Source: the human T2T-CHM13v2.0 reference genome, Homo sapiens. Taken from it: a stretch of 64,000 nt of DNA. Numbering within the stretch: the stretch's first letter is position 1; each line of letters starts with the position of its first letter. The notes under the pieces are model-generated. The model saw only the letters and a program-made list of their open reading frames with translations, did not search any database and had not been told where the DNA came from. Shown piece by piece: positions 52,683 to 64,000 of the stretch. A program made the translations under genes and the position numbers. Location: NCBI RefSeq assembly GCF_009914755.1, contig NC_060934.1. The stretch is one strand, 5' to 3'.

Positions 52683-53999
52683 CAAGCCGAAAGAGGAAAG
52701 GATCCTTTTTAGAAAGCCTGAGTGTCTCCTCAAAGCCAACACATGCTTTTTTTGAAGGTCTGAAATGTTAGGTGCTTATCATTTCCATAAAGAATTTAGT
52801 ACTGTAGATTATTTTATTGTTATTATTAACAATTTGCCTTGTCAACCAATTAAATAGCCATGGATATTCTCGGCATCTGGGAAGTGTCTTTGTTTATTTG
52901 CTGGAGAAAGTGTTCACTAGAAGAAACGCAGAGCACCAGTGATGATCAAGAAGTCCCACTCCAACTAGCTGTGTAAACTTGGTCAATTTTCTTCATGTGT
53001 CTGAGCCCCTCCTTCATTATCTATAAAATGGAAACCAGAGTATCTAATCGACAAGGCCGTCATGAGGATTAAATAACTTCAGAGTCAGTGCTGAATAAAT
53101 GGTAGGTCCTTTTTTCTTTTTATTAAACAGAGGACAAGAATAAATGTCTCTGAAAAGTGGAATAAAAGGAACAAAATTTAAAAATCCAACTTGCCTAGGA
53201 AATTACTCCAGTAATCCCTGCCTAAATGTCAGAAATATTTTTGAAGTACCCCAAATTCTTCTCTATCAATGGAACATGCAACAGGTTCAGCCTGATAAGT
53301 GGGAAAAGCTCCAAATCGGGAGAAAAGTCCAAGTGACCCAGGTTCTTGCTCTACATCTGCTATGTGACTTTGTGTAAATCATTTCTCTTTGTTCTCAATT
53401 TCTTTAATTTCCTCAGCTGTCAAAATGAAGTTAGCTGGACTAGATTGGTGATTCTCAAACTGTCAGAACATAGATTCAGGTTCTTGAACCCATGCAAGCA
53501 TCAGGCATCATCTGAATAAAATTCTTTCATATGGAGTAGAAAAAACTTAATGTTAACAGTGGTCCTAGAATGCAAAAGTGTGAGCAAAACTAGGTTAGAT
53601 GATTCTTCAGGTGCCTACCAGTTCTAACAGCCCATGTTTCAGTGAAACTGTGCAGTTCTATTATTTCCATGCACCTCACATAAATGTAATCGACAATATG
53701 ACATTGTTATTCAGGAGGCATTTATAAGCCCTATTGAGTTCACACTATGAACACAAATTTCGGATATAGATTCTTTCCCTGGCTTAAAATCAATTGAAAC
53801 CAGCTCCACTGTAGGAAAGTGTGGTACAATGTACACAATCAATCTTTCCCTCTTAAAGGAGTTACAATGTCCAATGACAAGCCAGCAGGTTACTATGATG
53901 GGGGAGTAGATGTGACACAGGCTCTCAAGAGTGGCTGGAGTTAAGCAATTTCATTCAGCCAATGCACAGCTGCTGCTCTAGAACTGGAAGTAAATTATA

Positions 54000-54520
54000 G
54001 GAGACATGTGTTACCTTTGCCTGATGAGGATCCATTCCCATTCTTTTTGCAGTGCTTCCATTTTTCTTGGAAGGGGAAGGAGAGTGAATCACATACTCAG
54101 TTGTATGAACACTGATTTCTGGGGAGGACACATGATCCTAGCCTGGCCAATCGGAATATTCTATCTACCTACCTGTCTGTAGGGATGGACTTAGAATTGA
54201 ACACATGGGTCAAATAGATCCAATGAGATTTTGTTCCATCACTTTTACTGGAACCAATGACAAAGATCCACTCTCTTTCCTTTAAGATTATTTGACTGGT
54301 AGAATGGAAGCCATAATTTGCCACCATCACCAAGCACACACATATGCAAAATTCTCAATTTACACAAATGTACAACTATCTGAACAGCTGGATTCAGTTG
54401 TGCCTGAAGCTAAAATATTCCCAGACTTTTCAATTATGAGACCCAATAAATTTCCTTTTTAAAAAAATTACTATGAATTGAAATTATGTGACATGCAACT
54501 GAAAGAGGTCTGATTGACTC
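54000..54520 (+). mobile_element. Old MLT1 (J/K/L-type) LTR
   Basis: 'gcctggccaatcgga', 'cagctggattcagttgtgcctgaagcta...gacttttcaattatgagacccaataaatttcc'. Confidence 0.6.
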
Positions 54521-54910
54521 AGAATGTCTCAGAAAAAGCAAACTCTGAGGTGCTGTTACACACACACACCTACATACATCCTTTTGTTCAACAGTTCCAA
54601 CTTCTCCCATTTAGTTGAGTCCAAAATCCAGAAGTCTTCCTTGATTCCTCTGCCCCATCTCTATCCAGTCCCCAAATGTGTTTACCCAACTACAAAGTCC
54701 CACTGACACTACCTCTTAAATATTACTTGAACTTACCTGCTTTTCTCCAAACCCATGGTTAATGCTTCCTTGAGGTCTTCCTCCATCCTCACCAAGACTA
54801 TTCCAACACCCTCCTAAAGACCCTCCTGCATATAACATGATTGTTATATCATGAATGGGGTTATATCAAATCCCATTCAAGCACTGTCCAGATTCTTCTG
54901 CCACAGCAAA

Positions 54911-55441
<531 letters not shown>

Positions 55442-57739
55442 TCAGAGTACTATTTCTAAAGAATAAATGTCACCAAATTCTTTAAAGTTAACCAGACTCT
55501 CCATTGCCTTCAATTTAATCCAAATTTCACACTGCTGTATGCAAGACTACTGCATCCAGACCCTAGCTACTATTCTATCCTTATCTTTCAACAACACTCC
55601 TTTGTCCCTTGTTCTCCCTTTCCACTTCCCCACCACACACGCTACGCTTCTCCGTGCCAAACTACTTGAAGTTTCCCAAACAGAACAGACAGAAAAGAAG
55701 CCCTCTCTGGTTTGTAGAATTGAATTAACCTCGACAAGCAGCATCTCTGAAAATATGTCTGAGTTATGTCTGCTCTATCAGAACTCACCATATACTCACA
55801 AGTTAACAAATGCTGAGCTGCCATTAATTACATGGGAATTTAAACAACTGCATTTTGCTCTGTTTTGACACAGCCACTGCTAGGCCAAACCTCTTAACAC
55901 TATTTTCAAATTGTAATGTGGATGTTAACCCAAATGATTAACTCCAACATAGAAAAAGCAACAAGAATTAGGATCTCCAATTTTGCTGATAGCTCCTCTA
56001 GTAGATTACATAGAAAAATAGTTATTTTTGTGTCTTCACTTCTGACTAAGATGGAGTAACAGCTACACCCTCCCTCCGTCCTGAAACAACCAAGTAAAAA
56101 CACAATATATGAAACAATGGTTTGCAAGACACTGAACGTCAGGCAACAAAGGACAATAATACTTGAGAGATGGGAAACAAATGAAGTGATCCTTATGACT
56201 GACCCAGCATCTCACCTTAAGAGCATTTCCAGGACATAGTACAGGGAGAGGAAACCTGGAAGAAGCTGGTGGATTCACTGAGTTGAGGAGAGAAAGCTGA
56301 GCAATCAAAGCAGTTGGAGTCCATGAGGAACAGAGTACCAGGGAAGACAGAGCTACACAAAATGCCCAGCCCAGAAATTTAGAGAGGTTTTCTGAATACC
56401 AACCATCACAAAAAGCCAGCACGGCTTTGAAAAGGAATGAAGTTGGAAGACTAAAATTACTTAATTTCAAGTCTAATAATAAAACTCTAGTCAGCAAGAC
56501 AGTGTGGCATTAGCATAAAGACGAACAAATATACCAATGGAATAAAGTAGAATTTAAAAATAGGCCCACACATATATGGGGCAATCGAGTTTCAACAAAG
56601 ATGCAAAGCAATTCAATAAACAGAATCATCTTTGCAACAAATGATACTGAAATAATTGGGAGATCCATAACTCACACCATATACAAAAATTAAATAAATG
56701 CAGCACCTAAACTTTATAAAATGAAAATAAAATTTCCAAAAGAAAAAAAAATAAGAGGAACCCTTGGTATCTTTGGGTCAAGAATAGTTTTTAGATACAA
56801 CAAAAGCACAATCCATAAAAGAAAAAAGATCGATAAATTGGACTTCAGCCAAGTTTACAACTTTTTCTATTCAAAAGATGCAGTTAAGAGAATAAAAAGA
56901 AAGGCCACATGCTCAAGGAGAACATTTGCAAATTATATTTTTTAAAAGAGACGTGTAGCTAGAATGTATAAATAATGCTTAAAACTCAGTAATAAGAAAA
57001 CCAACTTATTTTCAAAAAAAAATGGTTAAAAGGTTTGAACAGACCTTTTAACTAAATAAGATATATGAGTGGCAAATAATCACAGGAAAAAGAATTGTCA
57101 GGGAGTGAAGATGGCTGACTAGAAGCAGCTACAGTGCATGGCTCTCACAGGGAGGAAGAAAAGGGGCGAGTAAATACAGCAACTTCAACTGAAACATCCA
57201 GGTTCTCGCATTGGGACTGATCAGGGAAACAATTTGACCCACTGAGAAGGGAGAAAAGCAGGGCAGGGCGACGGCCCACCTGGGAGGGACATGGAGCCAA
57301 GGGAACCTCCCCCTGCCCAGGGAAGCACTGAGTGAATGTGAGACCCTGGGAAACCACACTTCTCCCATTGGTCTTTGCAACCCTCAGGTCAGATCTCCTC
57401 ACGAACCTACTCCACCAGGGCCTTTGGTCTGACACACAGAGCTGCGTGAAGTCTCAGCAGAGCAGCTGCTCGGGCTTGCACAGATTCCCAGGAGCTTTAC
57501 ATACTCCAGCCCCAGGATCCCCGGCAGGGGAGACTGCAACTCAGGCAAGGCGGGAGGTCAGATATACATACACACCACTAGGAGGACAGCTGAATCCAGG
57601 AGGCCCAGCGGCATTGGTCTGTGGGCCCCAGTTCCACAGCACCTCACAGGAGAAGATCCACTGGCTTGGATTTCCAGCCAGCCCCTGGCAACAGTGTTGC
57701 ATTTACCTGGGGCAGAATGGAGTTGCCAGAGGGAGAAGC

Positions 57740-58560
57740 AGGCCACTATCTTTGCTATTTGAAAGACTCAGTCATTCCTTCCTGCAGGTTTAGGAGAGTC
57801 CAAACCAAACGGACCAGGGACAGAAGGGACCCCCACAACAGCACAGCTGCTCTACCAAAACATGGCCAGACTGCTTCTTTAAGCAGGACCCCAATCCATT
57901 CCTCATCTGAGGGGCAAGGCCTCCCAACCAGGGCCTCCAGCCAGCCCCACCCATATTCTCTGGCAGACAGTTTTGATTTCTCCCTAGGATGGAGGGAGGA
58001 ACCGGCTGCCATCTTTGCTGTTTGGACAATTCAGCTGTTCCAGCCTGAAGGCTTAGGAGAAACTAAACCATCCAGGGGCAGAAGCAGTACCCCTACATAG
58101 CACAGCTGCTCTACAAAAGCATGGCCAGACGACTTTCTTAAGTGGGACCCTGATCTGTTCCTTCTCAATGGGCAGGATTCCACCCACTCCCACTGATGTT
58201 CTCTGGTGACAGAGGTTTGAAAACTTCCTAGGACAGAGTTACTAGAGGGAGGGGTGGGCTGCCATCTTTGCTGTTTCAGCTACTTAGCCATTCCAGCCTC
58301 AAGGCTTTGGAGAGCCCAGCCCTACAGGGGACAGAAACAATACCTCAGCACAGCTTGGCTGCTCTATGAAAGTGGGGCTAAACTGCTTCTTTAAGTGGGT
58401 CCCTGATTCCATTCCTCCTGGCAGGGTGAGACTTCCCAACCAGGGTCTCCAGCCACCTCCTAAGGTGTGTTCAGGCTGCCAACAGGCCTGTACCACCCTG
58501 GGATGCTCCCAGTGGAAGGGGCAGGCCGCCATCCTTGCTATTTCACAGTCTTCACATACC
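57740..58560 (+). repeat. About 260-bp diverged tandem units in the L1 5'UTR
   Basis: 'gccatctttgctgttt' recurs at about 57745, 58008, 58261 and 58528; 'cacagctgctcta' blocks recur in register. Confidence 0.8.
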
Positions 58561-58829
58561 TCCAGGTACTGGAAAATCCGAGGTGACTAGGGACTAGAGC
58601 AGATGCCCGGCAAACCACAACATGTCTACAGAAAAGTGGCTAGACTGTTGAAAAACAAAACAAAACAAAAACTCCATCCAAAGGTCAGCAACCTCAAAGA
58701 TTGAAGGCCAACAAAGATGATAAATAATCAGTACAAGAACACAGAAAAGTCAAAAAGCCAGAGTTCCCTCTCTCCTCCAAATGAACATCACCTCTTCAGC
58801 AAGGGTTTGGAATAGGGCTGAGGCTGACA

Positions 58830-59710
58830 TGGCTGAAATAACAGAAGTAGACCTCAGAAAGTGGATTAAAACACATTTCTCTGAGATAAAGGAGCATGTT
58901 CTAACTTGATGCAAGGAAGCTAAAAATCACAATAAAATATTACAGAAGCTAACAAAATAGCCAACATAGAGAAGAAAATAACCAACCTGATAGAGCTGAA
59001 AAACACAATACAAGAATTTCATAATGCAATCACAAGTATTAATAGCAGAATAGACCAAGCAGAGGAAAGAATCTCAGAGCTTGAAGACTGTATTTCTGAA
59101 ATAAGACAGACAATAATAGAGAAAAAAGAATGAAAAGGAATGAGCAAAACCTGTGAGAAATATGGGATTATATAGAGACAGAATCTACAACTGATTGGTG
59201 TACCTAAAAGAGCTGGGGAGAATGGAACCAATCTGGAAAACATATTTCAGGATATCATCCATGAGAACTTCCCCAAATTTGCTAGACAGGCCAACACTCA
59301 AATTCAGGAAATGCAGAGAACCCCAGTGGGATACTCCACAAGTCCACAAGAAGACCATCTCTAAGACACATAATCATCAGCTTCTCCAGATTCAAGTTCT
59401 ACAAAATTGAAATGAAAGAAAAAACGTTAAGGGCAGTCAAAGAAAAGGCCACTTACCTACAAATGGAAGCCCATCAGACTAACCGTGGACCTCTCAGTGG
59501 AAACCCTAGAAGCCAGATGAGATTGAGGGCCAATATTTAACATTCTTTAAAAAAAAAAAAAAAAATTCAACCCAGAATTTCATATCCGGCCAAACTAAGC
59601 TTCATAACCAAAGAATAAATAAGATCCTCTTCAGACAAGCAAGTGCTGAGGGAATTTGTTACCACCAGATCTGCCTTATGAGAGCTCCTGAAGGAAACAC
59701 TAAATATGGA
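58830..59710 (+). pseudogene. L1 ORF1p remnant (disrupted)
   Basis: 'aatagcagaatagaccaagcagaggaaagaatctcagagcttgaagac' (NSRIDQAEERISELED), 'ccagaatttcatatccggccaaactaagcttc' (RISYPAKLSF); contains stops and frameshifts. Confidence 0.85.
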
Positions 59711-59817
59711 AAGGAAAAAAACACTACCACCCACTACAAAAACACATTGAAATACACACACCAATGACACTATAAAGCAACCACATAAACAAGTCTGCCA
59801 AATAACGAGCTAGCATC

Positions 59818-60880
<1,063 letters not shown>

Positions 60881-61879
60881 CACATAGAGGTGAACAAGAA
60901 ACACTGGGGCCTATCAGAGTGTGGGGAGTGGGAGGAGGGAGAGAAGCAGGAAGTATAACTAAATGGGCACTAGGCTTAATAACTGGGTGATGAAATAATC
61001 TGTACAACCAACCCTCATGACACAGGTTTACTTATGTAACAAACCTGTGCATCCTGCACATGTACCCCTGAACTTCAAAGTTAAAAAAAAAAAGAAAAAA
61101 AAGTCAAATTATAATCATGAGAGATTCAAATAAAAACCTCAACAAGGTACCACTGTACATCTATTAAAGCAGCTGAAATTTAAAAGATTATACATTCCAG
61201 CTGTTAGCTAGGATTTAAAGAAACTAGAACTCTCATACACTGTTGGTGGGAATGTAAAATGGTACAACCACTTTGGAAAACAGTTTGGCACTTTCCTAAA
61301 AACTTAAACATTAACCTACTTTCCAATCTGATCATTCCACTCCAAGGTATTTACCCAAGAGAAAAAGCATATGTCTGCACAAAGACTTCTACATAAATAT
61401 TTATAACAGCTTTATTTGTAATATTAAAAACTAACAACAACCCAAATCCAAAAAGAGGTAAATGGATAAAGTGTATTATCTACACAATGAAATATTCAAC
61501 AGAAAGAAATGAACTGCAAATAAATAATTCAACATGTGTAAATCTCAAAATACTTATGCTGAGGGAAGAAGGTACCCCCAAAAAAAGAGTAACTACTGTT
61601 TGATTCCACTTATATAAAATTCTAGAAAATGTAAATTAATCTAAGGTGATAAAAGCAGATCAATAGTCACCTGAGGATGAGGGAAGGGGCAGGAGGGAAG
61701 GATTACAGAGGTGCATGAGGAAATTTGGGGGTGTAGGGGTATGTTCATAATCTCAATTGTGATGGGGATTTTACAGGCATAAGGAAATATCAAAACTTAT
61801 CAAATTGTATGTTTCAAATATGGGCTATTTACATGTGCTAATGATATCTCAATAAAATTGTTTTAAACAATTATAACTG

Positions 61880-62360
61880 TAAGTATTTCTCTTCCCATAT
61901 TCATGCCTTTTGTAATGCAAGTTTGTAGCTACTCCCATTAAGAGGCAAAAGTCAATTTCTAGATCCTTTGAATCTGAGATGGCTAATAGAATGTGCTGGA
62001 AGTTCTGAGCCTAGACTTCAAGAGATTTGCACATCCCTGCCTATCATTTTCTCAGAACCCTATTGCTTGCCACACAAGCAAGTTTGATGGAGGATGAAAG
62101 ACACATGGCCCAGTCACCCCTAAACTTCCCAGTCCCCACTGACATCCGTCCAACTCCCAGAAGCAGAGCCATCTAGCTGGCCTGCAGCTGAGTGAGCTGA
62201 GCACATGAGGGAGCTCAGCAGAGACCTATGACCTGCCCAGCTGAGGCCATCTCAACCATTTTCAACCATTGGATCATTAAATAAATGGTTATTCTGGTAA
62301 GCCACTAAGTTTAGAGTAGTTTCATATGCAGTATTATTTGCAGCAATACATAGTGATTTG
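61880..62360 (+). mobile_element. MLT1G/H-like LTR
   Basis: 'gctactcccattaagaggc...ttctgagcctagacttcaagag...cctgcccagctgagg...taagccactaagtttagagtagtt'. Confidence 0.7.
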
Positions 62361-62696
62361 CCTTCAGCCAGGATCATACTCCTCTTTGCTTAACTCTGCT
62401 TGACCCTTATAGGGCAGCTACAGATTTAGAAATGGTTCACTATAACAGATCAGAAACAATTACTTCATTGAAATCTCTCACTTGTTCACATACTAAACGC
62501 CGAGCATCTACTAGGCTGTCAGTATTGTGCTAGACTCAAGGTGAAGATATGCAAAAGAGACAGTCCCACCACAGGAGATTAGCGATTACAAGCCAGAGAA
62601 ACATGCCTGCATGCTGGGTCTATCAAACTCATTATTCTTTTTTTTCCAGGTTGACTTTGTTAACCTACATTTTTCCAAATCAGTTCATTTCTCTCT

Positions 62697-63442
<746 letters not shown>

Positions 63443-63714
63443 TCTCTGAACTAATAACAATTAATCTCTCCTCTAAGAAGAGCTAAAGAAAAATGGAGTC
63501 AACTCCCAGTGAACCATGACAAAATTCAGGTAGCATTAGACAAAGATGCCAGTCAAAGAAAGAAGTGACCAGGGCATGGAATAAGAGTGCTTATGCTAAC
63601 AATTGCTAAGATACAGTTACATAGCTTGAGAGCAGGTATTTTGAGAAGCCACAGAATTCAACTGTTAAAAAAGAACCAGATTCATCAAGTGCAATTATCA
63701 AGCATTTGTCCTTT

Positions 63715-63914
63715 GTATTTTTTATTTATTTAATTCTTTTTAGAGATGGGGGTCCCACTATGTTGCCCAGGTTAGACAGCAGTGACTATTCATAGGTGCG
63801 ATTATGAAGGTCTCTTAGGATTGATCGCTGAATCCTCAAACTCCCGGATGGCTCAAACCATCCTCCTGCCTCAGCCTCCTAAGAAGCTGGGATGACATGC
63901 ATGTGCCACGGGCT
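63715..63914 (-). mobile_element. FAM / 7SL-derived monomer
   Basis: 'cactatgttgcccagg...gcagtgactattcataggtgcgatt...atcctcctgcctcagcctcc'. Confidence 0.7.
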
Positions 63915-64000
63915 TATATTTTTTAATGTTATATTCTTTATATTTTTTAATGTTTAAAAATATGGCGTCCAGGTGCTCTTTCCACATTGGAGACATTGAG

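Noticed and set aside
55467-56497. 133-aa and 144-aa ORFs
   Set aside because: Overlap L2 and antisense L1M remnants; low-information composition
57129-58590. Cluster of long overlapping ORFs (up to 159 aa)
   Set aside because: They lie in the GC-rich, tandemly repeated L1 5'UTR; low stop-codon density explains them and no protein homology is recognisable

Overview
Primate (most likely human) non-coding genomic DNA: AT-rich, CpG-depleted, no CpG island, and dominated by transposable elements. I find no intact protein-coding gene, tRNA, rRNA or CRISPR array. The long ORFs come from Alu, L1, LTR or microsatellite sequence, or are chance ORFs; the only recognisable protein homology is decayed L1 ORF1/ORF2 at about 58.8-60.9 kb. 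Recognisable elements: about 11 Alus (AluJ, S and Y) plus 2 FAM monomers; old L1M fragments hosting nested THE1, MER21, LTR12F and MLT1C insertions; an internally deleted L1PA13-like element; a short young L1PA 3' fragment; MaLR/ERVL LTRs; hAT MITEs (MER5A, MER58A, MER63, MER115-like); many MIR and L2 remnants. I cannot identify the locus or any host gene. I did not find a convincing new gene system. The most unusual signal is a set of locally templated rearrangements readable directly in the sequence: a ~120-bp-arm inverted duplication (33.2-33.6 kb), a 60-bp spacer-less palindrome inside an MLT1A LTR centred on a perfect kappaB site (62.8 kb), three mosaic copies of a non-TE ~100-bp unit (20.7/22.2/24.0 kb), an inverted duplication spanning an L1/MER21 junction, and several tandem duplications. 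Subfamily names come from recalled consensus sequences, and boundaries of old repeats are approximate (tens of bp).
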